Shown here: in pieces, positions 1 to 14,564 of the stretch
How positions within the stretch are numbered: position 1 is the stretch's first letter
Layout: each line of letters starts with the position of its first letter
Origin: Camelus dromedarius
Taxonomy: Eukaryota
Direction: 5' to 3'
DNA length: 64,000 nucleotides
NCBI RefSeq assembly: GCF_036321535.1
Contig: NC_087444.1
Coordinates: 73,222,001 to 73,286,000, forward strand
Notes under the pieces: model-generated
Databases searched by the model: none
What the model was told of the DNA's origin: nothing
Seen by the model: the letters and a program-made list of their open reading frames with translations, nothing else
Program-made: the position numbers and the translations under genes

Positions 1-117
1 GAGCCCCCTTCCCTTCTCCATATCTCCAACTCTACTGTCAACCTCCATATCCTTCCCAGTGCCACCCTCAGCCCACCCCAAACCCCAGTCATTCCTCCCA
101 CCCCTGCCCAGCCTCAC

Positions 118-261
118 AGTTCATGTGGATTTGCTGGCCCAGTTCAATCAGTTCCATCTCCGTGGGCATGTACCCCATTGTCCTCATGAGATTCCCCAAA
201 TCCTTACAGGAGATGAACCCATCTCGGTCTTTGTCAAATTCAAGAAATGCTTCCCGGAGCT
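118..261 (-). CDS. CABP5: CABP5 coding exon 3 (EF-hand 1); gene continues beyond the window start
   Basis: Translates (E)[47 protein letters not shown] with EF-hand loop DKDRDGFIS. Acceptor ctttcag, donor GTGAGG, 144 nt, phase 1-1. Confidence 0.96.
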
Positions 262-768
262 CTGAAAGTTGAGAGAAGAACTTTGGGGAACTTGAAACAG
301 TCAATGTGGGAGAATAGCATTCCTTGAAACTATCAGTGTGGCACTGACTGGAGATTCCTCAAAGAAGAATACATTATAAAAACCCAAAATTTCAAAAAGG
401 AGTGATGTAGGAAATGTGTTAGCAAGAGGAAAATTTTCTGAGACCACTAAATGACAGCACCGAAGTCCTTCACATTCTTGGGTGAAGTTATGGGAAACTT
501 CAGAACCATCAAGGGAAAAAACAACAATTTTGGATGCAGCCTAAAACTCATGTGTCACTCCTGGATCTCTAAGACGCTTGGGGATGGGTATGCCTTCTAA
601 ACACTTTGGAAGCTACTTAAGCTGCCACAAAATCACAGTTGAGTGAGAAGAGAGAGTGATGTAAAATTTTCACGTCAAGGGATTTGTACTGAAATGCACA
701 GAGGGACAGAGAGCAGGTAAGCAGGTAGATGGCAATATGGGGCATTTGCGGGTGAGAGTATTTATTAC

Positions 769-799
769 CTTCAATCTCATCTGGCCCCAGTGGTCTTTC
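769..799 (-). CDS. CABP5: CABP5 coding exon 2 (31-nt mini-exon)
   Basis: ERPLGPDEIE+G. Acceptor ttcctttccag, donor GTAATA; phases join exons 1 and 3. Confidence 0.95.
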
Positions 800-2011
800 C
801 TGGAAAGGAATGTGGTGGGGAGGGGATTTGGAGACAGGGTCAGGGATCCACATTGACTTCTCCATCCTTCACGCATCCTTTTCTGTTTCTCTTCCTTCCT
901 TGCTCACTCCCCTCCACCACTCTCACCTTCGTTCTCCCATCTCCTGATTCCCATTCCATGGCTATTTTCTCCTCCTGCTCTTCCTCATCGCTTCTCATTT
1001 CCTCTCTCCCATCCTTCAATCTCAGTATCTCCCCTCCTGCCTTTCCCAAATAGACATCTATCCCATTGTGCTGAAATGGGTCTTGGTCTTGGAGGCCACG
1101 GAATCCAGTCCCCGCCTTCTCCAGATGAAGGAAGCCAGACTGGGAATCATAGCTAACATATTCAGAGTGCTGACTGTGCCAGGCTTCCATAATCGTTTCA
1201 TTTAAACTTCAGAACCACTCTGTGAGGTGAAGCCAAATATCATTCCCATCTTATTTAAGGGGAAGCCGAGAGACAGAAAGGTTAAGGAACCTGCCTGAGG
1301 TCACACCGCTTATAATGGCAGACCCCTTTCCCAAAGCAGGGAGATAGTAAATCACTCCCTAGAAGTCATGCAGCAAGTCAGGTGCATTGAGAGCTGGGAT
1401 TTGAATTCAGGGCTCTTGGCTCCCAGGTCAGAATTCTTTCCACTCTGTTCCATTGACTCTTTTTTCATCTGCCGCCATGTTTTCTCCTAAGGGTTAGAAT
1501 CTGTTGGGTGGGAGCAGTGCTCAGTGGCACCCAAGCAGGATGGTGACTGCCAGCAAGATTAATTCCTAAAACTTTTAAGAATTTCCAATCATGTTACCAC
1601 CCACTCCTGGACAAACCTGAAGGGTCAGATTTGGGTACATGGCATGCCAACTGGGAAATTCTGTCAACCACTGGCCCCTTTCACCCCCTATCTCCCTTTA
1701 TCTGTGCAGACTTTCTCCCAGCTTCTCTTTCTTACTCTCCCCCAACCCCAATCCTCTCTCTGTCTCTTTGGTGATCTTAAAGACTAACAATTAAAAGTCT
1801 GCACACTGGAATCAAGCAGACCTGGCTCTGCCACCTATTAATTGTGTAAGCTTAAAGCAAGGGACTTCATGACTCAGAGCCTTAGTTTCCACATCTAGTA
1901 AAATGGGAATGAAAGGATTATGGACCTCATGAGGCATTCTGAGGATTAAATGGCATCAGGGATGCAAAGTCTGGGCACACGGCAATGACTTATAAGTGGC
2001 AGTACTGTTAT

Positions 2012-2086
2012 CACCACCACCACCACCATCACCACCACCACCATCACCACCACCACCACCATCACCACCACCATCACCATTATCAC
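2012..2086. repeat. (CAC/CAT)n trinucleotide microsatellite in CABP5 intron 1
   Basis: About 25 imperfect CAC units read directly. Confidence 0.95.
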
Positions 2087-2378
2087 TGTGGTGCCCAAAG
2101 AAAGGAATGATGGTGATCACAACTGTGACATCTTCCCGGTTCCCCTGTTAATTCTCCTCCTTCATCTTCCACTTTCTGGTCCTGATTTCTAATTCACTCT
2201 CACCCATTTCACTGCCCCAGGTGTCCCCACTATGCTCCCTGGAATTCTTCTGCCTTCTTGGTTGCTGCTCTCCCACCTGCTCCCCCTTTTCCATCCCACC
2301 CGCCGTGTCCCTTCTTTTGCCTACATCCCAGCTCCCTTTGCCCTGCCCACCATCCTTCCCCATTGTCCACCACCTCAC

Positions 2379-2441
2379 CCGGTGTTTCTCAGCGATGCCT
2401 TTTCTTAAGAAGATGCAGGCAGGGCCCATGGGAAACTGCAT
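2379..2441 (-). CDS. CABP5: CABP5 coding exon 1
   Basis: ATG at 2441-2439, MQFPMGPACIFLRKGIAEKHR (the CaBP5 N-terminus), donor GTGAGG. Confidence 0.96.
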
Positions 2442-2757
2442 GGAGTGGGCAGGGCAGAGCTCACCAGGTGCCAGTCTCAAGATGGCTCCCCCTCCTTCCT
2501 GTCCCCTTTGGTGGCTCAGGCTCCTTATCTTCTCTACCACTCCTTTGCCAACTCTTCCTGCCTCTCTTGGCCTCTTCCTCGGTCCCCCAGCTCCCTAAGA
2601 GCTGTGACAGCTGGGTTGGAAATCTCTTTTCGGGTTGGGGAGGGATCAGAGTTGTTCCTGCCTCCCCATCTGGCTCGAGTGAGGCTGGAGGGGGAGCCAG
2701 TGTCAGGCTCTGACCTTTTATCCCCAGAATGGAATTGGAAGGATAGTTTTGAAACGA

Positions 2758-2876
2758 GGATTAGAGCAGAGGGCATCCATTCATACCATGTTCCAACAGG
2801 CACATTGAGTGCTGTGTAAGCCTGGCCTCGGCTGCCCTTTGAGCAGGGGAAGATGGAGAGGACATGGCCTGGATTA
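2758..2876. promoter_or_regulatory. Two GGATTA/TAATCC K50-homeodomain (OTX2/CRX-type) sites upstream of CABP5
   Basis: GGATTA at 2758-2763 and 2871-2876, about 320-430 bp upstream of the ATG of a retinal gene. Function is inferred. Confidence 0.5.
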
Positions 2877-3784
2877 AAGAGCTCTTGAGTAAGTCAGGAA
2901 TGTGTGTAAATGAGAATGCAAAAATTACACGACAACCTGATTTTAGGAATAGGTATACGTGGTGGTTAAGAGAATGGTATTTGCTCTTCCTCTGCTCATC
3001 TCTCCCCTTCCTTTTTTTTCTGAATAATTCAGGGGGAGGGGCAAAGTAGGCATCCATGCTGCTGGGGGTGGTCAGAGCCCAAGGAGGCAATCCTGTCTGC
3101 TCAGGATGGGGAGGGGACTGGGGGCCATCAGTGTGGGGAGCCAGTTTCAGTAAGGTAGTAGAGTGGGGGGGAGGCCCCGGTGGGGGCAGCATGGTGCAGA
3201 CCGTTGGGGCCTGGGAGGGGGAGGATGAGTCCATGGAGCTCTGTGGTGTTGGAATGGAACTGAAAGCATTGGCATGTGCTCATGGATTTCAATACAGAGA
3301 GCCCAGATGTCACTGTGTGTGTAGGACACTGGAACATAGATTCTCTAAGAGGACACGGAAGCAGCGGCACCCTAGTGTTAACGAACACCTCTGGCATCCA
3401 GATCTTGACTTCTAAGTACCATTCTCTGCTAAATAGGAGCCAAGACTCCTAGAAGAAACAGCTGATTCCATGTCTGGAGCAGGACAAGTATTACAAGATG
3501 AGCCTAAAACATCTGGCACCATAAAGCAGGAATGTGCTCAGTTATGGGGACAGGACAAAAGAACACAGAGCTCAGCTTTAAGAAGCTCCACTGGCCATAT
3601 CAGGGGAAATTTGAAAATCAAACTAACAGTAACAAGTTATATAGGACAAGTGGGAAACCAGGAGTCCATACAAAGATAAAGATAAGCGGAAAGTTTGATA
3701 ATATTTACATAGCTCAAAGGATGTCCTCACAAAATACTAATTTCAAAAGAGGGTCACTTTATAGTGGGAAAACCTAGCAGACAC

Positions 3785-3933
3785 TTTCTTTTTTGTTTTT
3801 ATTTATTTTTTGTTTGTTTTTGAGGGAGGGGCAATTAGGTTTATTTATTTTTTAATGGAGGTACTAGGGGTTGAACCCAGGACCCAGGACCTCGTGCAAG
3901 CACGTGCTCTGCCACTGAGCTATACCCTCCCCC
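3785..3933 (-). mobile_element. tRNA-Ala-derived SINE (camelid type)
   Basis: Minus-strand head GGGGAGGGTATAGCTCAGTGGCAGAGC...GGTTCAACCCC with A/B boxes and an A-rich tail; internal CCCAGGA duplication. Confidence 0.85.
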
Positions 3934-5597
3934 TACATTGGCAATTTCTTAAATGATTAAAATGATCATCAGTAATGTAACAAATCAAAATGATGGATTT
4001 CAATTCATACTGAATAATGAATTTTTACTCCAGCAAAGCTCCCTGGCTGCTCTCCTGCATGCTCTTCCCAGAGCCCTCCCAGCATCATCTCCCCCTGATG
4101 GCTTCCGACAATTTTTAGGACAGGATTTACACCACAGGGACTCCGGTCTCCGCCACTCCCCTCAGCTCCAGGCTCATCTCTGCAGGGGCCAAGTACTCCA
4201 GCAGTCAGCGTGATCTTTTCACCCCCAGACCTCACTGTGCCCTTTCTCTGCCTGCGGGATAAGGTTCCACACCCCTGCAGGGGCACGCAGGGCTCTCCAC
4301 GAGGCACTCTGGTTGGGGGGTGAGCGCAGGGTCACCTGCAGACTGCCCAGACCAAATCCTGGCCCTCCATTTCTTAGACAGTGAACCTGGGGAAAGTAAC
4401 TTACATCCCTGTGCGTCAGTGTGTTCATCTGCTCAATGCGGATGATAAAAGCAGCTACCTGGGGGGGTGTCATGAGGGTCATTGGTAAGCGAGGATGTCC
4501 CTGCCCAACCCTCCACGTAGAGCTGGACAGTCTGGGGGTCCCCAGACACACAATATTTAACACCTAGTCAAACAAATATTTTCCCTTAAATGCTTTATTT
4601 GAACTTAATATAAATGCACATTAACTTGCCCCTCGTGCTGTATCAGGATGCAGCTTTCAGCTATGAAAAGCAAGCATGTTTACAGTCATGCAGTCCCAGT
4701 GGGATTTAGTCATTCTCCCACCTCCAGTCCACCCCAGGGACAAGAAGCCCAGCTAGGCAGCTGCTGCCCTTAGTTCACTAAGGGTCATCGGGGCGCCTTT
4801 CTCTGTGACTCTCTGCCTTGTTCCTCATGATCACAAAGTGGCAGCCCCAGCTCCCACCATCATACCCACAGTCAGGGCAGGAAGCAAGGAAGGGCTGCCA
4901 CAACTGGATCTCCTTTTTGATCAGGAAAAACAGCCCTGACCACACTCCAGGCACGGTGCTATATGGGCCAAGGAAGTGAGGATGAGTAAAACCAGTGCAT
5001 CCACTGCCTGCCCTCACAGGGTCAGGTCTGGAAAACTGCGCTGACGATTCAGAGGCCAGGCCTGGTCACCAGATGGCAGGTGGCAGAGGTGGGTATCTCA
5101 CAAAAGTTCTGGCATGTACCGTCTCCCAACAGGATGGGGACCATACCTGAAAGACGGGAGGCCCAGGGCCAGGCTGCTGAGTCAGAACCCCGGTGTGCTG
5201 GCCCTCCCAGTGCCCTTGAGGAGCCACCGTCTCTCTCTGTGGTTCCTCATCTGGGAAACAGTGCTCTGGGCAGTGCCTATGTGGTAGGATTGCTGGGAGG
5301 GTAAATGAGTTAATTTACAGAGTTTAGATGGCCACCATCCAATAAAATAGCCATTTAACCACATGGAGCAATTTAGATGAAAATAAATTAAAATCTTCTA
5401 GTCCTCAATCACACCGGTCCCATTTCAGTGCCTGACAGCCACGTGTGGACATAACACACTTCCATCACCGCGCGATCTCTATGGAAGGTGCTGGTTTAGA
5501 TGGTTCCTGGCACACAGTTACACGCTCCCGAAGTGTGAGCTCTCAGAGCTGCGCCCGCGGAGCCCAGCACGGACACAGAGCAGGTGTTCAATAATTA

Positions 5598-5603
5598 TTT
5601 ATT
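5598..5603 (-). terminator. LIG1: LIG1 polyadenylation signal AATAAA
   Basis: tttatt on the + strand, 180 nt past the LIG1 stop codon. Confidence 0.8.
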
Positions 5604-5782
5604 GGGGAAAAAAAAGACTGAACCCCAGACCCCAGCTTAAAGCATCCCCACCCCCCCCCCACACACACCAGACTCTCGGAACCCACGCAGACTGCAACAC
5701 CAGATGTGCTTAGCCACAGAGGTGACGCCCCTGGGTCCCCTCGGCCTCTGCCGCCCAAGCCCCCGGGGAGAGCAGAAGTCAT

Positions 5783-5866
5783 CTAGTAGAAATCCTCCGG
5801 CTCGGAGTCCGGCTCTGCGCCGTGCTGGTTCTGAATCTGACTTTGCTTCCTGTACAGACAGGCCAC
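5783..5866 (-). CDS. LIG1: LIG1 exon 28 (terminal coding exon)
   Basis: [27 protein letters not shown]. Acceptor cctcag, stop TAG at 5785-5783. Confidence 0.95.
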   Translation of the reverse strand: MACLYRKQSQIQNQHGAEPDSEPEDFY

Positions 5867-5911
5867 CTGAGGCGAGAGCGGGGTGGGGGCGGCTCAGAAG
5901 GCCTGGGGCTA

Positions 5912-6163
<252 letters not shown>

Positions 6164-7206
6164 TCAGGTTCCTGACCAGAACAATGCAGCTGAGCAGAGG
6201 GCCGTCGTACAAATTAAATGAGGTAATCGCGTGCTGGGGACCGGTGACTGGTGGCTGAGTGCTGGAACGCCCGCTGCCGCGGCTGCTCTTACGCCGCTGC
6301 CATTGCTATCAGCGCCCGGAGGCCGAACAGCACAGGGTCCGCGTGTGGATTCTAGAACCAGACTGTGGGATTCAAACCCCAGCTCCCAACTCTCAAGAGC
6401 CACATCAGCCCGGGGCTAGTTCCACCCCCGGGGCTCTATGTCCCCATCTGTAAAACGGGGACGCTCAGTGTTTTTGTGACAATGACATAAGTGTGAACGA
6501 GTGACATGTCTGCTTAACATAAACGCTTGGTCAACACTGCTCCCTTCACCCTTGTGTCCAGGGGACCCCGACTTCCTGATGTGGAGCACAAGTGAGGAAT
6601 TTCAAGAAGGAAATCAGATTTAAAAAAATATGAGTTCTGCCTTGGCGTGGGAGTCTGCTGCTAATCAGAACAGCACATGCTAGATTTTTGAAGGATCGGA
6701 AAAATCTCAGAGGAAGTGCATTTTTAATTGAAGATTTCCCGTTCTTTGGAAGTGAGAGCTAAGAGCTGCCCCAGTGCTGGTCGCGGGGTAGTGGTTCCCC
6801 GGACCCTGATCCGCTAGCTGGTGTTGAGGACTGAACCACTAGGGAGAGAAACTGGCCGAGGAATTTTAAAACTTGGTAGCGTGAACATTAACTACAGGTG
6901 ACAAAGAAATGCGGTAGTTGACATAAATGCTCAGCAGGAAGTGTCTGAAGTTTTCACTTCAAAGAACTGGTTTCAAAAATTACTTACAAGCTGAATGTGA
7001 GGTTATAATGTGTAGGAAACCAACTTCACTGTTTTCTTTCTACTTCCGGGGAACTTTTCTTTTTTTCAATGAGAATGTGACCCTATAATCTGAAACCCCC
7101 AAAAAACGCAAGCTCGAGTTTTCCTAGTCATCACCCAGGAAGTGCAGACGTGTGCTCCAAGATCCCCTCCTCACCGTCCCCACCCCATAGTCCCCTCATT
7201 ACTCAC

Positions 7207-7350
7207 CAGGCCCCGGGCAGCGGGGTAGATGGGGGAGAGGGAGAGGTCGGCGCACTTGACCTCCCACACGGCGCTGGGGTCCAGCCAGTGGTCGGGGGTC
7301 ACGGCGCCGTCTGCCCGGACATAGGGGCGTGGGGCGGGCAGCACCAGGGC
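7207..7350 (-). CDS. LIG1: LIG1 exon 26
   Basis: [48 protein letters not shown]; 144 nt, AG/GT. Confidence 0.96.
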
Positions 7351-7911
7351 CTGCGGTCAGTGCGGGAATGAGGAAGAGAGAGTCTCAGATCTCAAAGTCA
7401 AGGCTGAGCGCTGGAGGGTTGGGGAGTGAGGAAGACGGGGAAAGGGGAGGGACCCTTCCAAGTACAAAGTGGTGGTGAGGGAAACAGGAGGAGGGGGGTA
7501 AAAAGGCAGAGATGCCTGAAGCTGAGACAAGAAACTAGACAGAGCGAGTTACAGCTGACAGTGCACCCCCAAATGCCTGGGGCCAGGACAGCAGACACTC
7601 CCAGGTACTAGGGGACCACTGGCCTCCTGAGGACGAACTCAGGGAACCAGCCCCAGCGCCCTGCCCAGAGCCTGGCCCCTGTGCGGCCGCGGCGCGGAGC
7701 CCGGGCAGATGAGGCTCCCTGACCGGCGCTCTGGCCGGCAGCTGAGACCTGACCCTAGACGTCCCGGACTCCAAAGGCCCCTCCACTGCCCGCTGCCCCT
7801 TGTCAGGACCCGGCCCACGCCCTGAGGCTCGGTGGAGGGTGGGAGCCCCGTGCCCGCGGAGGGAGGGCTGTGAGAGGTGGCGAGGTCTCCGTCGCGGCCG
7901 CCGCCGCCCAC

Positions 7912-7965
7912 CTGGAGGCTCTGGTGATGCTCTTCCAGCTCTTCGTCACTGAAGCCAGTCCCCAG
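7912..7965 (-). CDS. LIG1: LIG1 exon 25
   Basis: LGTGFSDEELEEHHQSLQ; 54 nt, AG/GT. Confidence 0.96.
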
Positions 7966-8984
7966 CTGCAAGGAGGACAGGTGGATCAGCCGTGCAGTGC
8001 TTCCTCCCTGCTCCTGCCCGAGGAGCCCCACCCAGCTCCGGCCTAACTGGTACCCACAGAAACCCCAGAGGAAGGGCCGGGGGCGCCGGGCATCCAACCA
8101 GTCCCTCACCGACCCCGGATGGGAAGCGACTCTCCCAGCTGCCCGCCCTGCTCCTTCTGCTCCGTTGTCTCCCGGGCCCAGGAACTCGCCCCTCGGGCCG
8201 CCCACATCCCACCTGCCCCGTGACTCTATTACCTCCAATCTTAACACTGTCAAGGGCTTTCCTCCGCCTACCAAAGAGTAAAAGCTTTATAAAAAATACT
8301 GTTCTGTGCCCCACAAACTTGTGGCAAGATGGACACCTTCAAACAAGCCATACGAAATTTCAACCAGAAGCCCTGTTTGTATTCAGAATCCTAAAAACTT
8401 TTCTCACCTTTGTCCTGGCAACAGGTCTTTAAAAAATCTACTCTAAATAATGTAAAATGGTGACAGATTGGTGCCCAAAGATATCTGAATTGTAAAATCA
8501 CTTCTATCACAGATTACACGGGTTGATGTATGTACAGTGCTGACTTATTTGTACGAAAAAAGCTGGCAACAACTTAACTATCGCCAGGGAGCCGGTTCAG
8601 GACACTGGGGCACGTCTACTTGGAAACTTTCATGTGAGCATCAAGTCACATTTATAAAAGCCCTGAATGGCAAGTGAAAACACTAACATTTCTTACCACG
8701 ATACTACTTAAATACATTTGATAGCATTTAAAGTATTTATAGGGCAAAAAAAGCAGAAGATTACTCATCTAGAAAGATCACAACTTGGTAAAAATACAAA
8801 GAAAACATCCCCTCAAATGTTACTAGCAGTTGCCTCTGGGCAGTGGAATTATGGGTGACTGTTTTTTTCTGTTTCTTTAGCAAAAGCCCCAAATTTGTTC
8901 AATCAGTGATGTGGGAAGCTTAAAGCAGAAACAAAACCACTCCGTTTTCCAGGCTCCCTCGCAGATGCGGTGGGCCACTGAGCA

Positions 8985-9320
8985 AAGTTCTAACTAAGGC
9001 GATTTAAGAAAAAGTTGCTCTCTGGCTGAGGCTGCCCCAAGTGGTCCTTGGCCTCTCCTGCCCATGGGCCTTCCTTCCTCCTTCCTGCTGTTTGGAGCAT
9101 GCCTGGCCATGATGGCTGGAGCCCTTGCAGCCACATTGTGAAGAGAAGGCCAGAAGCTCATGACAAAACCCGTTCTGGGGAAAGAGGAGCCTGGGTCCAT
9201 AATGACCCTGGAGTGCTGCCTGCCCTCCTCTGGAATTCTATTTCCATGAGAGAAAAAGAAATCCTTCTCTCATTGAAGCTACCATTTTCTGCCTCTGCAG
9301 CACTCAACTCCTAACTGACT
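8985..9320 (+). mobile_element. MaLR LTR relic (MLT1-like)
   Basis: Recognised MLT1-type motifs (gagcctgggtcc, ttgaagctacc...ttctgc); boundaries approximate. Confidence 0.5.
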
Positions 9321-9499
9321 TAGCTTTCTTACACTTTTTAGAGTGACCCAATTCTCCTACATTGAAGTAGGAGTTACTCATAAAATCAGAAAAAGCACAT
9401 GAGAACTAGAAGTAATCCTTGGCAGGGAAGACCTGCGAGCCTCTCGGTCCGGGCCCTCCCCAGGTTGGGCGAGTCTCCCTCTCGCCTGCCCTGCAGTCA

Positions 9500-9847
<348 letters not shown>

Positions 9848-10914
9848 CTAGAATGGGGAGGCGGGGCGGGGCGGAGGGGACAGGTGAGACGTGGAGACCT
9901 CGGGGTCACCCGGACCCCCCTTTCCTTTGGCGTGGAGGGACGCTCCACTCCCTCCTTCACGTGGAGGACATCTGTCCCTGTGACTGTGCTGACTGTGTGC
10001 CCGGCAGGAGCGCAGCCCCGGGGGTACAACAGTGACTATCTTCTAAGATAGGAAAGGTTCGGACCCGCACGGCTGCTTACAGTCTAGTTGGGGAGGCAGA
10101 CTATAAACAACTAAAAGCAGCAAGGTAATCCAGTCAGCAGGTCTGGCCCGGCCGGCTCCCAGCTCTCTCCTGCTCAGGTCTGCTGGCCCCCTCCTCACCG
10201 CCCCCTCTCTGCTCAGGCCTCCATCACCTCTTACCTCCTGCCCGCCTGCTCCCACCCTGCCCAGCAGCCCACCCCCGGCCACCATCCACAGAGTCACCAC
10301 CACTGGACCTGTGCAAAATGACAACCAGACCACGCGACTTCTGCCTTAAAAAACCAACCCCCCTACCCCGGCTTCCTGAAACCCTTAGAAGAAAACTCAG
10401 TTTTATTTTACTATAGCCTCCACCACGCTGTGTGATCTGTGACCCGCTCTCTGCCCTGAACTCACCTCACACCTCCACTGTCCTCAACCTCTGCACACGC
10501 TGAGCTTGTTTCTACCTCAGGACCTTTGCACTTGCCACCTCCTCTGCCTGATCTTCATGTGACAGACCACTTCCTGTCATCCCTGTCTTGACCCAGACAT
10601 CGCCTCTGGAGAGGCTTTTCCCAAGTGCCCACAGTGCTGTGGACCCTTGCTGGCCCCGAGTGGACGTGCTTTCTTCATGGAGCTCATTACTCTGTGACTT
10701 TATTCCATTCGTGTCCTGACTTGGAAGGCCTCACCTGACATGGAAGGCAAGTTCCGAGGGAACAGAAAGTTCCTCGGGCTCCCTCATCCCGGCACCTGGG
10801 GCACCTAGCTGGGGCTTCTCCACCAGTCCTTGGGGAATTTGTGCCAGAGGGAAGAGGAGCTGGGGCTGGCTGCACTAGGGAGCGGGAGGGATCGAGACAA
10901 GGGCTCCTGAGCTA

Positions 10915-11130
<216 letters not shown>

Positions 11131-11176
11131 CTACCCCCACCCCCCAACACAGTCAGGAGTCTGGTCTGATTGGCTA

Positions 11177-11485
<309 letters not shown>

Positions 11486-11801
11486 TCACGCAGCTTATGG
11501 AAATGAGTGTGAAGAGGGGCCTTGTTTTATATTTCCTTGAATTCTTTCACATCTGCCTTAATAGGGGCCGGACTCTCATCTCCGTGTCTGCCATCAGACA
11601 CTGCAGTACACTGTTTCGGGTGCAGTCGGAGAGAAAATCCACCTCACACAGACGTGGAGGAGTCGGAAAAGGGAGGGCCTCAGGGACCGCGCTTTGAGAA
11701 CCTCTGCCCGAGTGTGGCCTCGCAGCTAAGTGACACGGCAGAGTCGGACACAAAACTCAGACCTCTGACTCCCAAGCGCTCACCCCCTGCCCGCCCTGTC
11801 A

Positions 11802-12125
<324 letters not shown>

Positions 12126-12458
12126 CTAGAAAATTGCTCTCTCAGCCACCCTTGCAGCTAATGGGGGTGAAATGACAGTTTTGGCCAGTGAGAGGAAAGA
12201 AGTTTGCTGGGGTGCGGGTTGTGGGGGCTCCTGGAACAGATCTTCTTTCATAATAAAATGATGTAGAAAAGGAGTCCTTTCTCCCTTCCTACTTGACATG
12301 CTGGGAGGAGACCATGATGGCTGGAGCTGTGGCAGCCATACTGTAAAAGGCTGAGAGGACTGCATCCCAACTGACACTCTCTCTAGGATTGGGTAGGAAT
12401 GGGCAGAAGATAAGGGAGTAGGGGACCACGGCAGGTAGCAGACTGGGGCAGAGGCTAC

Positions 12459-12569
12459 CTTGCGTTTGCGGGTGGTGAGCACTTGGAATGGCTGGATCTG
12501 CTTCTTTTCCTGGTCCCAAGCCACGGCTTCAGTGTCCAGAATGAAGGATGTGACTGATGGGAGTTTAAT
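12459..12569 (-). CDS. LIG1: LIG1 exon 20 (motif III)
   Basis: [37 protein letters not shown]; 111 nt. Confidence 0.97.
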
Positions 12570-14564
12570 CTGAAAGGTGAAGAGGGAGACCCAGGGCTGG
12601 TGAGAGGTGGACGAGATCAAAAGACACAGGGAAACAAATACCCTTTGTTCTACAGCTCTGAAGGTCCACTGACATCTGATGTCAGAGGGACATATATGAA
12701 CACAGACTCCTTTTCTCATTCCCCACTGAGAGATGAAAAACACTAAGTTTTTTTGAGGACTTACTATTTGGTCCCCCAAGCTGGAAACCCAGAAGCCTCT
12801 GTCATCTTCCCCTTCCTCCCACTTCACATTCAGTTCCCCAGTGAGCTTGTCAGTTTCTCCTCCAAAATCTCTAAGCCATCCACTTTTCACCAGCTTACTG
12901 GGCCCAGTCCAGCCTAAGCGACAGCATCCTACTGGTCTCCCGGCTCCTGCACTGGCCCTGTTTAATCCACTCTCATCACAGCAGCCTGAGTGCTTTTGGC
13001 AAAACCCAAATCTGTTTATTTCTACATCACACAGCTCCCCAAGGCTATGGCAGCTCTCCGTGGTCAGCCCCTGGCCCTCCCTCACCTCACCTGGCCCCTT
13101 GGAATCACTCTCTGCACCCCAACACACTAGTGTCTCTATTTCAATAGGCTGTGCCCCCCTTCAACCACAGGACCTTTACACATGCCATTTACTCTAGCAT
13201 GCCTGTCCCTTTCCCTCACCTCCACTGTGAAGACTTCCTTTCCCTCAAAGGAACACTGCTGTCCAGCTCCAGTGGCACCATTCATACTGCCTCCTGGGGC
13301 TACGCAAGGTGACCACCCTGCTTTCCTGACATCAAGCCTCAGTTGAGCTTGATTCTTGTAAAGGCTCATAGAACGCTGGATGTTTTTTTTAGAGCCCAAT
13401 CTCCACATATACTTAGAAAGGCAACAGCAGGACTCCAATGAGACCTGCCTGTCCCGCTGTCTCGGTTAAACCCCCAGCCTCCAGCACAGGGCTCAGCACA
13501 GAGCAGATGTCCAATGAACACTTGGTGAATGAATGAGTGAAAGAAGCCAGATACTAAAGAGCCTGTACTGTGTGATGCCACCCACAGGAAGCTCTAGCAC
13601 AGGAAAACTAACCTGTCCCAATGACAAAGCGGATCCGTGGTCGCTGCCTCTGGGAGATGAGGGTGGGGGTGGGGAGAGGGGGTGCCTGGCAAGGGGCACG
13701 AGGAAACATTTCGGAGCAAGGGAAATACTGAAATGTTTTCTATGTTGATGACATGGGTGTATGAACCTGTGAAAACTCAACACTTAAAGTCAGAGCCATT
13801 TATGGAAGCTACGTCTTAATAAAAGGGATTTAAAACAGGAGCCCCACTAACGCCTGTGCTGTGCGGTACCCTTGTCCTTGCTGCTCAAGGAAAGAGCTGG
13901 TTTCTCATTCAGTTAGGGGTAGGCGAGGAGAACTGCTCTTTGGCTGAGGACTCCTGAAACAGGCCTGAGACCCCCCTCAGTAGCAGAGACGCCCCCAGCT
14001 CCAGGGCTCCTTGAAGCCCGGCCCTACTTAGGCTGTGGGGCTGATCTGCAGGCTGACCCCTCCGCCCTCGTCCCAGACCTTCTCCCTGTCAGAGTGAGGC
14101 TCTCCCGGCATCTGCTGCACCGGGGTGGCCGTGGCACCCAGTGCTGGACAGGGACCCCAAGCTGGAGTTGGCCAGGGGCGGTGAGAGGTATATAGAAAAG
14201 CGTTAACTTTCCTTGCGGGAGGGAAAAGAAGCCGGAACCCCTTTGCTGGCTGTCTGTTAGGAAGCGTGGCAGCCACTTGGAGACTATAGGGGACAAGCAC
14301 GAGGATGAAAAGGCAGCCAGCCAAGGACAGCAGGGGACGGAGAACCAAGCTGGGTTTGGGGGAACATCAGCCTCAGCAGAGCCAGCCTCGGGCCACCTGC
14401 CTCCAGATTTCTTTGAGGAAGAAGAACACCTGCAGGTGTTCTGTCATCTGCAGCCAAACGCACTCCGCCCTCCTCCCAGTGAGCGCCTGGCTGCGCCGAG
14501 CTGGCCCGGCCCAGCCTCAGTTCTCTGCAGCCCCACCCAAGTCAAAGCCACGGCAGACACCCAC

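Noticed and set aside
4594-4599. Minus-strand AATAAA as a possible relic of the PLA2G4C 3' end or a distal LIG1 poly(A) site
   Set aside because: A lone hexamer in AT-rich DNA next to an MLT1-like relic; it cannot be assigned without an alignment.
12126-13127. 333-aa ORF on the minus strand
   Set aside because: Starts at GTG and is LIG1 exon 20 plus stop-free intronic flanks; the flanking translation shows no recognisable protein.
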